Of a stretch of DNA of 64,000 nucleotides, positions 1 to 37,100 are shown piece after piece; position 1 is the first letter of the stretch; every line of letters starts with the position of its first letter. The stretch spans positions 30,006 through 94,005 of the forward strand of contig NIVC01003515.1 of assembly GCA_002269645.1 (NCBI GenBank), read 5' to 3'. This DNA is from Macrostomum lignano (Eukaryota). The notes under the pieces are model-generated. The model was not told where the DNA came from. It ran no database searches and worked only from the letters and a program-made list of their open reading frames with translations. The position numbers were made by a program, and so were the translations under genes.

Positions 1-1004
1 GTGGCCTTTATACTGGAATTTTCTAGTATATTTTTGCTCTCACTGACAATCTTAGCATACACTTAGCATATAGAATTTTCAGGTTTAACATAAAGTGTAC
101 ATAGTTGGCATATAAAAAATAGCCAAGTTCAAGGCTAATGTAATCATGTAATTAAATATCAACCAATGTTGAAAGCTCCTTAAAAATAATTGGAAACTAA
201 AATAGAAAATAATAAGCAATCATGAGAAAGTCAAAATAAAAAAGAATATTAGTTTTAAGCAAAAAAACTGCCATTTTAAAGCTTAGTAAAAGTTTTGAAT
301 TCCTAAAAATATATATTCTTAAAAAATGGCATATAGACAATTCTAGCCTTGGCATTAAATTTTTTTAATTTTGCATTGGCATTAAATTGAAAAAAAACAT
401 GAATTTCTTTTCCAGCATATGCCTGCCATGATCTAGACTATAGAGCTTAACTTTAGTATGCTAGTTAACCATTTTGCTGCTATCTATTACACTTTGTCCC
501 TGACCTAGCTTTACTTGCCTTACTTTGCTCTGCCCCAGGGTAAATTTACCCTGAATTTTCAATGAAAAATAGCCATATTCTTGACTATGGGTTTTCTTAT
601 CTTAAACTTAAAGTTAATAAATTCCATTAAAATTGAAGAAAAAAATTGATATTGTCATTTTTAAACTAAACAGACTAACAAAATACTTTTTAGATTCAAA
701 AAAATTTAGCTGAAAATGTCAAGACAGAGGAATTAGTCTAGTAGTAGAAGGGTCTAGAAATAAATAAAATAAAAACCCATTAAAAGCCTTAGTGATTAAC
801 TACTGTACATCAAGGACAGAGGTCAGTCAAACGTAGATAAAAAGAGACATAGCCTAGGCTTTGCCGCTTACAGGCTAATTTAAGAAATTTAGGAAATATT
901 CTAGAATACCATTATTTGACGGCTTGAAGTCAATAAATTGCAATAGGACTACAGATTAAATGGTATTCCATGCCTTGTTTCATTTTTAATTTATCAGAGC
1001 TTAC

Positions 1005-1071
1005 CAGGATGTCCTTCGCCCACAGATTCGGATGTGAAAAGAAATGTTTTGAGACCTTCTCCGTTCGCCAT
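1005..1071 (-). CDS. MAT: S-adenosylmethionine synthetase (methionine adenosyltransferase), first coding exon; gene continues beyond the left edge
   Basis: The minus strand reads ATG...CAT CCT G|GTAAGC = MANGEGLKTFLFTSESVGEGHP(D). This is the invariant N-terminal FTSESVxEGHPD motif of SAM synthetases, followed by a strong donor. It is not in the ORF track. The next exon (DKICDQ) was not found in 1-1004. Confidence 0.9.
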
Positions 1072-2420
1072 TGAAATTTAAATCAGGCTTTGGCAATAAT
1101 AAAATATAATAATAGATTATAGATAAAGCAGTACAAGCGAATTTCAATAACACTTCAATAATGACCTAAGTCACGTTGCGAGAGACAGCCCCATTCAAAA
1201 TCAAGTCATTCAATTTTATACCTTTTCTTAATTCCATGTTGAGGGGAATCATGGTACACATCAAAGAAGAACTTTTGGAAAGCAATTTTGAATTGAAAAA
1301 TTTAGTAAAGCATTTATTTTGACTTTTTAAGGTTTTTGTTAAGTTTATATCAATATTCTCAAAAATAATGCAAAGCCTTTGTTTTACCTATATTCAAAAA
1401 TATGCACATGGCCTACACTCCGGAAAAGATTACAACTGGTTTAATCCTGTTTAAACCGGTTGAAATTTTAACCAACTACAAAATCGGAGAACTAGAGCAT
1501 TCGATTTGACTTAGTCGGACTTTAGGAGCTTATATGCGTCAAAAAGTTGGCGTCAGCAGCATAGCAGCATCTGGTGGTGTTGTGTAGGTTTTTTAGCAAT
1601 TGCTCATAAAGTCTACTTGCCAAATCAACTATAGTAAAACTAATATCATGCAGCCATGCTACATGTAAGGCGGCAAGATAATATGCATGAAAGTGTCAAA
1701 TATCATTGTATTTATGACGCTCATTGAATATGTGCATGTGTAACCAAATTTCTCCTGGTTGCCCTATCTTACTGAAAACTTAAATATGTACAGCTACATG
1801 GAAGTTTTAATACATGCATGTACGAAGTTAGAAAATACTTTCAATGTAAAGGTTATATATATACAAATACATAGATTAATGTGCATTTATCTATTAGTTT
1901 AGTGGATGATCTGCATTCTTTATTGCTCTGAGAGAATGAGAAATAAAGCTTTTTTCGATGAGACAAACAATGTACATATGTAATGTATAAAAATGTATAA
2001 AAATTGTTAATTGTGCTTTTAGCTTTCAATTTTCAAATTTAATCAGTACTTCGTGCCCGAGAGCAAAATAAACCATGTGCATCAATATTTTACTATCAGT
2101 GGGATCGATCTCAAAAGAAAAATAAAATTTTAGGCAATAATATAGCTCGTAACTTTTGAGGCAACTCTATTCATAAGCCGCACGCATACATGTTTAATAA
2201 AAATTTCGACGAAAAAAAAATATAGGAAAGAAAAGAAATTACATTTATCAGTCTCATTCATCTGAACAGCAAAATAGAGTCTGCTTCTGTCTACTGCAAT
2301 AGTTGGTTCGACATAATCAATTCTTTGTAAAAAAAATAATCGTTAAACATGTCAATCAGTAGTAAATGTCTCTTCTACATGCACGATCCGATCGCTGTGT
2401 CAGCTGCTTCAATCAAGATT

Positions 2421-25188
<22,768 letters not shown>

Positions 25189-25957
25189 CTCACAGCAGTT
25201 CTCCGAAGCCTCTGCTAACCAGACCTGTCTTTGAGTGAGCAGTGTGCTCAAAGTCTCAGGAGCCTGTGCCGGTCAGTCTTGCACTCTGTTAATAGAACCC
25301 GACCTCCCCTCGCACCCAGCTGCGCCGGAGCCCCCCCCCCCCTAGGTAAGAGAGCGATTGGCTGCCGCAGTGTGATAGCCGTCACCAAGCTGCCCTCAAA
25401 CTCCCGTCTCCATCTGCCTTTCAATCTCAATTAAATATCATCCATCTCAAGAGAGAAAATGAGCTTCTTATAAAAAAACTTCTCCATCAACTTCATTTCA
25501 ATTTCTTTTCTTTGTTAAAGACGGTGATGAAGCCGGGCTTAGTTCGGCGTCTTTAGTAACTAGGGGCGACAGACCGGTCAACACCGGCCCAGCACCCCGT
25601 CACCTGTTGCACTCTTCCTGTCTCTCCTGTCTTTCATCTTTCATGTGCCTCTCACCCCCTGTCCATTTCTCAGCTCATGTTGCGCACCGCTACGGTGCAA
25701 GAGGCGCTCGCTAAAAATGGCAAACTATTAAACTCGCTGCTCACACACAGACACACACGGAGGCTGATAGAAGCGCTGAGAACGCGCCGCTCTCGCGTCC
25801 TCCCGTTCTGCCACCGTACGAGCTACCGCAGCCATATTTGCTGACAAGCAGAGCAGGCAATGCAAACGAGCTATAGACTGGCAAACAGGTTGAATGAAAT
25901 TACAACCCGAAAGAAATTAAAGACACAGAAGTTTTACTTCTATTTGGTTGTGAGACA

Positions 25958-25991
<34 letters not shown>

Positions 25992-26699
25992 ATCTTTCGC
26001 CTTGCAGTTTCTATTCTCAAATATTTGCTACTTAACGACTCCAGCATGTCTGTTGCTCCAACAACATCGAGTGCTGGAATTTAATAACCCGAGCTGGTGT
26101 GCTCAACTTGAAAGCGGGCGCCCCGCTGAAACTGTGCAACCCGCTTGTAGAATTATTGAGAGAAAAAATTCAAAACTCAGAATTTCTTCGTAGTTGCGGG
26201 CCTTGCATTGGAGAACGGTTGTTTCAGAATGTTGCATGTAGAGAGTAGTTAAACTAAGTTTTATCTGAACAAGTTGGTATTTTCGAATTAGGTAATTCAT
26301 TACTTTGTTCGCCGAAGAGTGAAATCAATTTATAGTTCTCTTAGAAACCTTGTTTAAAAATAGATAATGCGATCTCAGTTGCATAACATCCTACTGAAAG
26401 TAGCGTGTCTGAATGTCAAATTAAAAAAATTATTTCGACAAATACGTCAAGATTATTTAAGTTGATTTCAAGGTCCAACGTTGCTTGAAAATTAAAAGAA
26501 AGGCCACAGAATGATTTTTATCAGTATTTTTCAAAATATGATTGGATCAGAGACTGAAAACAAGCAAAGTACATAGTGTTTTCTAAAAATAGAATTTTTT
26601 AAGTGTGCAGAACCCAGTGGCGTAGCCAGGGGGAACCGCGTGGGCTGGGGTAGCAATAATTATTATGGAAATGACACGGGGCCGAGGAGCCAGAAAAAA

Positions 26700-27210
26700 C
26701 TCTGGCGCCCCTGGTGCTGGCGCCCCTGGTGCTGGCGCCTCTGGTGCTGGCGCCCCTGGTGCTGGCGCCTCTGGTGCTGGCGCCCCTGGTGCTGGCGCCT
26801 CTGGTGCTGGCGCCCCTGGTGCTGGCGTCCCTGGTGCTGGCGTCCCTGGTGCTGGCGTCCCTGGTGCTGGCGTCCAAGGGCGAAAGCACCAGGCTAAAGC
26901 CCCTTGTGCTAAAGCCCCTTGTGCTAAAGCCCCTGGTGCTAAAGCCCCTTGTGCTAAAGCCCCTTGTGCTAAAGCCCCTGGTGCTAAAGCCCCTGGTGCT
27001 AAAACCCCTGGTGCTAAAGCCCCTGGTGCTAAAGCCCCTTGTGCTAAAGCCACTGGTGCTAAAGCCACTGGTGCTAAAGCCCCTGGTGCTAAAGCCCCTG
27101 GTGCTAAAGCCCCTGATGCTAAAGCCCCTGATGCTAAAGCCACTGGTGCTAAAGCCACTGGTGCTAAAGCCACTGGTGCTAAAGCCCCTTGTGCTAAAGT
27201 CCCTGTTGAT
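26700..27210. repeat. Two juxtaposed 15-nt arrays (ctggcgcccctggtg; ctaaagcccctggtg)
   Basis: Tandem copies; the units share cccctggtg. Confidence 0.93.
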
Positions 27211-28142
27211 AAAGCAATGAGAATAAAGCAACGGTTTTAAAAGATAAATTCGGAGGGTCTGGGTTGAGTTCTTGAATGGAAGGAAAGAGAGACGATAGAA
27301 GTACAAGCGGAGCACTTTTGTGATTGTTTTTTATGACTGATTATGGTTCAATTGGGTTTAGCAGCGGAAAGTGCACATTTCAAAGTCCAATTCGTCAGCC
27401 AACTTGAAAATCTTCATTTCATTAAGTGGCAGAATTTGAAATGCGGGGGGGGGGTTCTGAGCACAACTGATGAAGCGTATTGTATCTCAAGTTGCTAGAT
27501 GGACTTTTTCGTCAAACTTGGTTGGAGACTGAGGGGCTGAGCCGCTGATGCAGATCCTGACCAATCAGAGAGGCCCCCTCTGAGACTAGAAATTGCCCAA
27601 ATTCACCGCACATCAGTGCTACACCAGAGTAGTGAGTCAGCTTCTAAGCCTCATCAACTTTCGATTCAGAGGTAAGTGTGAATCAAAGTTATTCCTAGTA
27701 CATGCACCTGCTTATCAGTATCCTGCCCTAGAAATAGGAGCCAGGCGGAACTGCTCAGAGTCCCGGGTTCGAGTCCAAAATAACTAAATATTTCTTATCC
27801 AGGTGGAAGGACTTCCAAAGCGGAACAGTTCCAAGCTGATAGACAATATACAATAACTGTAGCTGCTTGGCCAGTTCCAAATTTCTGCCGAGCAGGCAAA
27901 ACAGACTTTCTAAATGTAGACTGGGCTGTAAATGTTTTGCATTAGCTAATGATGAAAAAATGATGTATAAATTAGTCTGCTAGGGAATGCTTCACAGGGC
28001 AGGCTGTGCCAGTGCAAACATATTCCGCCCAGAGAAAACTTCATCACTTTTTTTCACACCTTCCCCAGGTCAGCCCCCCCCCCCGGCTAAAGATTGCAGA
28101 GTCAGGAAACGCAAGACAAACTGTGGGAAAAAACCTTGGAGG

Positions 28143-31100
28143 ATGCCCAATCGGCCTGCTCTTCTCCCCGCGGCAGTGTCAGGCAGCTGTCTTCTGCTGC
28201 CACTGCTGCTACTGCTGCTGCAAGGTAAAGCAGAAAAACTCCGATGAAAGCTAATGGTCGTGAAATAACTCATGGCAGATGTCATCGTGTTCACTCTGTG
28301 AATTAATAACTATATGCATGTTGGCGTGCATTGCATAGCTATTTGCAGAGTACGAATTTTGGCTTTAATTACGATCTGTCTTCATTTTTCAGTTTTTTAA
28401 AAGACTTTTTACCAATCTCTCAACGAATATATTGTAAAAAGAAAACTTTTATCTCAACGTGACACCCACCCCAGATTTCTCTGCCCCCACTGCAACACCC
28501 ACCCCAGATTTCTCTACCCCACTGCAACACCCACCCCAGATTTCTCTACCCCACTGCAACACCCACCCCAGATTTCTCTACCCCACTGCAACACCCACCC
28601 CAGATTTCTCTACCCCACTGCAACACCCACCCCAGATTTCTCTACCCCACTGCAACACCCACCCCAGATTTCTCTACCCCACTGCAACACCCACCCCAGA
28701 TTTCTCTACCCCACTGCAACACCCACCCCAGATTTCTCTATTCCAGTGCAACACCCACCCAGATTTCTCTGCCCCAGTGCAACACCCACCCCAGATTTCT
28801 CTGCTCCAATGTGACGCCCACCCCAAATTTTAACTGGGAAACCAAATTTCAATTCAAAACTGTACAGCGCCAAGCACAGTCTCGGGCTATCGCGAGGCCA
28901 GCCGCCTGTACAAAATGCTAATGAATGAAACCGAATACAATCGGCTGATTCGGCCAGTGAACTACAGCTCAAAAACTCTCACAGTCTATCTCGGATTGAA
29001 ACTCGCCCAACTCATCGATGTGGTAAGTTGCCAATAATTAAGATAAAAATATGCATCGACAACTGAGGTAAGAAAGGCGCTAGGAGAACGCTCGGATTTT
29101 CTAAGAAATGCACTGGAGACTACAGTGTATGATTTTGCCTCTCGAGAAATAGGATTTTTCTATGGCAAAACCCATTCAGCGCTGGCCTCCGGCTCATTTC
29201 GAAGAAAATTGTGTTCAGTGTCCTTGTACTGTAACTGTCCATGTTTACGTCGTATACCAGATAGTACAATTCGAAAGCCGAATCTCAGCCAACTCCCCCC
29301 TCTCTACTGGCTCAAATCTACTTTGCTTGTCCCTAAAAAATTTGATACAAAAAACTTGGAGATGCTCGCCAGAATCGAATCGAATGAGTTGGCTTCCCAC
29401 CGGCTCACTCGGTTATTCGACCAGCATTTTTAGAGACGAAAAAGTTGCCTAACAAGAAGAGGTAGCCAGACAAAGTGGTCCGTCTCTCTCTCTCTCTCTC
29501 TTTCTCTCCCTTCGCCCAGTGCAAGCAGCAGCCCGAGGACAGCTCCTGAGATCCCAAATTCATTTCTCCCCCCCCCCACCAGTTTAATCGCCTTCCAGCC
29601 TTGCTGACCCCAGCATCCCCTGTTTCAACGGCCGCTGACAGAACATCGAGTTCGAATCTCGCCTCTATCTCTCTCTCTCTCTCTCCAGCTTCCTTCGCTA
29701 AGTGGCCTGCTGGGATAGAAATCAATATATTGAGGAGCTGGGGGGGGGGGGGGCAGGGCCGAGAACTCAAGTGGGTCAGGTCAGAGACTTATTTTGTAAG
29801 GTGGCAACCCGCACAGTCTGTGTTTCTCTTCTCGTCACAACAAAGTTAGTCATGTGTGAAGGAAAGCTTTTTCTGTAGCGTTTTTACTCACGCAATAATC
29901 GATTTGTATGGGTGGGATATTGGATAGATTTTTTTCGCTGGTAAATTGGGATCCAAGAACTAACCTATTTATCCAGCTGGACAGTCTATTTAGGGACTTG
30001 TGCTTTTCAATGGGGCTGGGCTTGCTAAAAAACTTGCTGTAATCTAGTTAATCCATTTCTTACTTATTGTTAAAAGTTTAATAATATGATGTAGATAAAC
30101 AGCGAGACTGACCTTATAGTGAGATTAGATAACTAGTGAGACTAGGTAACTAGTGAAACTAGATAACTAGTGAGATTAGATAACTAGTGAGATTAGATAA
30201 CTAGTGAGATTAGAGAACTAGTGAGATTAGATAACTAGTGAGATTAGATAACTAGTGAGATTAGATAACTAGTGAGATTAGATAACTAGTGAGATTAGAT
30301 AACTAGTGAGATTAGATAACTAGTGAGATTAGATAACTAGTGAGATTAGAGAACTAGCGAGATTAGAGAACTAGCGAGATTAGAGAACTAGCGAGATTAG
30401 ATAACTGGCGAGATTAGAGAACTAGCGAGATTAGATAACTAGTGAGATTAGATAACTACTAGTGAGACTAGGTAACTAATGAGATTCGATAACTTCTGAG
30501 AATATAAACCTTGTGAGATTAGATAACTAGCGAGATTAGATAACTAGTGAAACTAGATAACTAGTGAGATTAGATAACTAGTGAGATTAGATAACTAGTG
30601 AGATTAGATAACTAGTGAGATTAGATAACTAGTGAGATTAGATAACTAGTGAGATTAGATAACTAGTGAGATTAGATAACTAGTGAGATTAGATAACTAG
30701 TGAGATTAGATAACTAGTGAGATTAGATAACTAGTGAGATTAGATAACTAGTGAGATTAGATAACTAGTGAGATTAGATAACTAGTGAGATTAGATAACT
30801 AGTGAGATTAGATAACTAGTGAGATTAGATAACTAGTGAGATTAGAGAACTAGCGAGATTAGAGAACTAGCGAGATTAGAGAACTAGCGAGATTTGATAA
30901 CTGGCGAGATTAGAGAACTAGCGAGATTAGATAACTAGTGAGATTAGATAACTACTAGTGAGACTAGGTAACTAATGAGATTCGATAACTTCTGAGAATA
31001 TAAACCTTGTGAGATTAGATAACTAGCGAGATTAGATAACTAGCAAGATAAGATAACTTAGTGAAATAGATAACTATTGAGATTAGATAACTATTGTGAT

Positions 31101-34100
31101 TAGAGAACTAGCGAGATTAGATAACTTGTGAGAATAGATAACTATTGAGATTAGATAACTAGTGAGATTAGATTAGACAACTTTTGAGAAAGGCTATACT
31201 ACTGAAATACATATATTAAATATAATGTAAGACTGCACAATACTTTACACCTATATTTAGGACGAGAAGAATCAGATAATTACTACAAATGTTTGGGTCG
31301 AGCAGGTAAGTAAACTCGAAATTTTGCTTTCATCGTTATTTCCAATTTCTGTGAAACTGGAGCAGCGCGAAATCCGATTGACAGGAATGGAGAGACGCCA
31401 ATCTGGTGTGGGATCCGGCTGACTACGGCGGCGTTAGCCGGCTGTATATTCCGTCTGACAAGCTCTGGCTACCGGATATCGTGCTGTATAACAAGTCAGT
31501 CAAGTGGAGCAGGTTTTTTATTATTGCCACTGGTCCAACTCTTGGAGACCTCGAAGGCGTAGAGAGTGAGGTTCCTAAAGGGCCAGGGCGTGAGGCGGAT
31601 GTTTCGAGGGGCAGAGAGAGTGATGGTCCTGAAAAGCCAGGGCGTGAGGTGGGTGCTTTGGGGGCAGAGTGAGGGTCCTGAAAGGCCAGGGCGTGAGGTG
31701 GGTGCTTTGGGGGCAGAGTGAGGGTCCTGAAAAGCCAGGGCGTGAGGTGGGTGCTTTGGGGGGCAGAGTGAGGGTCCTGAAAGGCCAGGGCGTGAGGTGG
31801 GTGTTTAGAGAGGCAGAGAGAGTGAGGATCCTGAAAAGCCAGGGCGTGAGGTGGGTGCTTTGGGGGGCAGAGAGAGTGAGGGTTCTGAAAAGCCAGGGCG
31901 TGAGGTGGGTGCTTTGGGGGGCAGAGAGAGTGAGGGTTCTGAAAAGCCAGGGCGTGAGGTGGGTGCTTTGGGGGCATAGTGATAGTTCTGAAAAGCCAGG
32001 GCGTGAGGTTGGTGCTTAATGGAGGGACATTAATGTACATTTGATTTTTCGACTGAGCAAATAAAATGTACATTAAAGCCTGTTGTATTTCAACATGACT
32101 ATAATTGATGCGGCAAAAGATTTAAAAATGAGTTTTCTACTTTTCTATCAGTGCCGACGGAAAATACGAGCTGGTGATCATGACCAAGGCCACAGTGTTC
32201 TCAGACGGCACCGTCCGGTGGGTGCCGCCGGCAGTGTACAAAAGCTCCTGCCAGATTAATGTGGAATTTTTTCCATTCGACGAGCAGAACTGCACGATGA
32301 AGTTTGGCAGCTGGACCTACGATGGGCACAAAGGTAAAGTTGTTTACACTTTATTAATCTAATTCACTAGCAAGTATTCAGCTTTCCTGCTTTATCAAAT
32401 AATTACAGTCGATCTGCAGCATATTGTGCAAAAATCAAAATCGGTAAGAAACATGTCCGGCCGGGTGACGGTGGACTATGCGGTGGATCTGTCCGAATAT
32501 TATCCCAGCGGCGAATGGGATATTCTGCAGTTCTCCGCCATCCGGGACGACATCTATTATCCCTGCTGCGTGGAGCCGTTTCCAGGTGAGTGAAACTCCC
32601 AGATTCTCAGATCCCAGATCCCCAGATCCCAGATCCTCAGATCCCAGATTCTCCGATCCCAGATCCTCAGATCCCAGATCCTCAGATCCTCAGATCCCAG
32701 ATCCTCAGATCCTCAGATCCCAGATCCTCCAATCCCAGATCCTCAGATCCCAGATCCTCAAATTCCAGATCCTTCGATCCCAGATCCTCAGATCCCAGAT
32801 CCTCAGATCCTCAGATCCCAGATCCTCCAATCCCAGATCCTCAGATCCCAGATCCTCAAATTCCAGATCCTTCGATCCCAGATCCTCAGATCCCAGATCC
32901 TCAGATCCCAGATCCTCAGATCCTCAGATCCCAGATCCTCAGATCCTCAGATCCCAGATCCTCAGATCCTCAGATCCCAGATCCTCAGATCCCAGATCCT
33001 CAGATCCTCAGATCCCAGATCCTCAAATTCCAGATCCTTCGATCCCAGATCCTCAGATCCCAGATCCTCAGATCCTCAGATCCCAGATCCTCCAATCCCA
33101 GATCCTCAGATCCCAGATCCTCAAATTCCAGATCCTTCGATCCCAGATCCTCAGATCCCAGATCCTCAAATCCCAGATCCTCAGATCCCTGATCCTCAGA
33201 TCCTCAGACCCCAGATCCTCATATCCCAGATCGACAGATCCCAGATTCTCCGATCCCAGATCCTCAGATCCCAGATCCTCATATCCCAGATCGACAGATC
33301 CCAGATTCTCCGATCCCAGATCCTCAGATCCCAGATCCTCAGATTACAGATCCTCAGATCCCAGATTCCTCAGATCCCAGATCCTCAGATCCCAGATCCT
33401 CAGATCACAGATCCTCAGATCCCAGATTCACAGATCCCAGCTAATCCTTACTCCCGTCGCCAGACGTGACCTTCAACATCCTGCTGAAGCGCAAGACCCT
33501 GTTCTACGCGGTGAACCTGATCATCCCGTGCGTGAGCATCTCATTCCTGACCGTGACGGTCTTCTACCTGCCATCGGAGAGCGGCGAGAAGATCAGCCTG
33601 TCAATCTCGATTCTGCTGGCTCTGACGGTGTTTTTCTTGCTGCTGGCCGAAATCATTCCGCCAACATCGCTAGTGGTGCCGCTGATTGGCAAGTACCTGC
33701 TGTTCACCATGATCCTGGTGACGCTGTCCATCATCATCACTGTCGTGGTGCTCAACGTGCACTTTCGCGGCCCGGACACGCACGAGATGTCGCCCTGGGT
33801 TCGAAAACTGTTCCTAGGCCACCTGCCGCGACTGCTGTGCATGCGGAGGCCAAACGAGAACGATGATGGAGAGTTTGAGGCAAGCGTCAGTCCTAGATCG
33901 GGGGTCATCTGACCTCCATTGACCCCCCCCCCCTAGATTGCATGTTTTCCCCTTTACGCTCGTAGATCGGCCACTGACTCTAAATTTTACTCCTGTTTTA
34001 TTATCTAAGAAAGTCGAATTCTGTCTTTACTGGATCACGCAATTTAAGCCAAGGACTTGCTACTCTCGTAGAAGATTTCGCTAAAAACTAACTCAGAGAT

Positions 34101-37100
34101 TGATTGATACAGAAAAAAAGCAGAAAGACCGCAGTCGTTAGTTGAGCCACTTAAACACGCCTCGGCAGTTCCAAGCAGTTCAGAGTTGAGCGGGAGAGAA
34201 ATCAAAGAAGTAGAGATCGGCAAGGTGTGTGTGTGTGTGTCGCCTAGTCACGAACGTGACTGGGGAAAAGAAGCTCGAGGCACTTCGGACAAGTGTGGGG
34301 GGGGGAGTTGAAGTCAGACTCTAGCGCGGACAAGAGACAGGATATAACCACTCGTTTTCTTTAATCCCATAGTATATATATATTGAGCACAAACTCTCAA
34401 CACTCCGTTCGCGAAAACAGGACGACCTTCAGCTGGCGACAACCATCAAGTTTTTGCAGGTACTCCATGGTTTCTAGTGCACCCAAGCATGTATTAATGT
34501 TCGTAGAGCAATTCACATAGCACAGAAATGTTTTGTACGACGTGTTTCAGCTTTCAGTTAAGCGCGAAAATTTCCATGCCAAGTACAAGTAGTAAATAAA
34601 GAGAAGGGTTCGCTTGGTTTATAAAGGGGCAGAGACCGAGGTGGGTATATAAGGAGTAAGGTGGGTGTATAAGGTGTGAGGTGGGTGTATAAAGAGCGAG
34701 GTTGGTGTATAAGGAATGAGGTGGGTGTATAAAGTGTAAGGGGTGTATAAGGAATGAGGTGGGTGTATAAAGTGTAAGGGGTGTATAAGGAGTGAGGTGG
34801 GTGTATAAGGAGTGAGGTGGGTGTATAAGGAGTGAGGTGGGTTTATAAGGAGCGAGGTGGGTGTATAAGGAGCGAGGTGGGTGTATAAAGAGCGAGGTTG
34901 GTGTATAAGGAATGAGGTGGGTGTATAAAGTGTAAGGGGGGAATTAAAAAAGGAACCCATTATTAGTAATTAAAATGCGCTATTTTGCGAAATTATTTGT
35001 GCGCCAGCTGTGTTTACTGTTAGCATCAGGACCCGACATCGTACACTAGTAAATGGTGTACGAGTATTCGTCCAGCTTTGCACCTCGCTCGTCATCCCTT
35101 TAGCACCCACCTGCACCAAAGTGATGATATTTTCTAGTTTTAGCCCGCAAAAGTTAAAAAATGTAAAATAAGCGCCTCGCTATTTTTGCTACTTTTAGTA
35201 GCAAAATCGCACACGAAACTATTAGAAAACGTTTCCCATTCATTTCAGACTCCCATCTGGAACTGGAGCTTCGACGATGAAGCCGCTGCCGTTGACGTCC
35301 CTCTAACTGGTTACTATGGCAACAGCCAGCTAGCTGATCCGAACGGCGATAAGCTTCTTGGCACCAACGATGAGGAAGCCGTCGGCGAGTTTGACGAGGC
35401 TGACCACCTTAGCGCAGCGATGGATGGCGAGGGCGAGGCTGCTGCAGTCGGCAATCTGATGCCTGGATCTTCCACAACCTCGGCAATGACCAGGCAACGC
35501 CGGGAAAAGTTTCGGCGACGTCCAGCTGCAGACGACGGCGACGGCGACGGCGAGACAAGCGGTCGGGGCAGCCTTCGGCAGAAAATTCGAGACGCAATTA
35601 ACGGCGTTCGCTTTATTGCGGCCAACTTGAAGAAAGATGACGAGAATCAGAGCGTGAGAGCCTTTTGTTGACTGCCGCTGCTGAGTCTGAGCAATCTGAG
35701 AAAATCGAGCTATTATATTTTTATAACGAAACTTCGAAACGCCAAATTTAGAGTGTGATGTAACCGCCCTTGTCGCCTGTCCGCTCCGTAGAGAGACGAA
35801 CGCATGACTAGAGGGGGCAATGACCGTAGGCTGCCTATGGCCGGGCAATGACCTGACGGACCTCCAGCACCAGACTGTCCCGCCCACATGATTGATAGCT
35901 TTGGTAGCGCTTTGTGACCAGAGGGCCAAGGACCCACATGGACCCTACCTGTAGCCAAGGTGCAATAGTTGGTCACTCGGTCATAGTATGATCGAGTGGC
36001 TGCCACCACTCTATGTGACCTGGCGCACCTGGATCTTTCTACCAGACCTCTCGAGGCTAGAGCCCCACCTGGATTGGTTACCAGGGGATTTAGGCTAACA
36101 GGGGAGACACATGCAGCCGAGTACAGGGACTCTGCTTGGGGCATGATCGGGAACTCTGGGCTCAATCTGGAGGATTTCTCAGCAGGGGATCCTTTGTGGC
36201 TGTGAGCGAGGCTGACTTGCGACTTTGATTACTAAGAGTAGTATGAGGCGAACATGTACTGTCTATAGTTTAGATTGCTCAGGGCGAAGGGACGCGTCAG
36301 CATGGGGTTGCAACCTTCCTACTGCCATTCTGTGCCAAGACTCGCTAATCCCTCTACTGCACGCACACACGGCCCCGCAGCGCGCACTCACAGGCGAGCT
36401 TTGCACGGGGAGAGGCCATTAGCTTACCCAAACTTCCCTATGCTTTGCCACCCCGGGAGAAAGGCTTAGCAAGCCATGAGTGAAATGATGGTGAAAGAGT
36501 GAATAATGATGAGGTTAGTTAATAGTTAATAATTAGGCCCTTAGGCGAATAATCAGGCAATTGCGCGGCTTCACTATTGAGTAAAAATACAGCAAAAGGT
36601 ACGGTATTACAACTGGCTCAGCTCTCTAATCAGACAATGGAAAAATAGGCAAACTCCGGATAAGCAAAGGCAATTAGAGCACAAATCAATAATAGGAACT
36701 TACCGGCAGCTGCACAGAGAGAGAGAGAGAGGCGGAGTGACCGAGGGCGGCTGTAGGCTGCAGTCAGGCAGACAGTGAAGCGGCGATGCGCTGAGGCGAC
36801 GAGGCGCTGGTGTAGATCAGGCGAAGCTGATGATGCTGGGCGGTGTCAGACCGCTGGCCGATAGTCGAGCTCACTTGGGGAGCTGAAGATAACTTGGCGG
36901 TAACAGACCGCGGACCGGCAGGGATTCGTCTTATAGTCGAATGGGTCAGAACTCAGTCTGACGGCAAGTCTAAAGAAAGACTAGGAGCCCGAAGGTGGGC
37001 AAAAGTTGAGGATTCTCATGCCGAAAACCGCTTCCTTTTATAGCCTTCCCAGCCGCCGCTCCAAGGTCGTTTCCATGACTCCCTCTCTCTGATTGGCTGC

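Noticed and set aside
1565-1582. CTCF-like motif (ccaccagatgctg on the minus strand) upstream of MAT
   Set aside because: It is a single imperfect match with no supporting evidence.
26615-26700. CAGTGGCGTAGCCAGG resembling a hAT/MITE terminus in front of the 15-nt arrays
   Set aside because: No matching inverted end or TSD was found in the window; at most it is a fragment.
27766-27776. Perfect Pol III B-box GGTTCGAGTCC
   Set aside because: There is no upstream A-box or cloverleaf; it could be chance.
35713-36205. ORFs inside the solo LTR (150 aa minus, 69 aa plus)
   Set aside because: No gag, protease, RT, integrase or env motifs were recognised.
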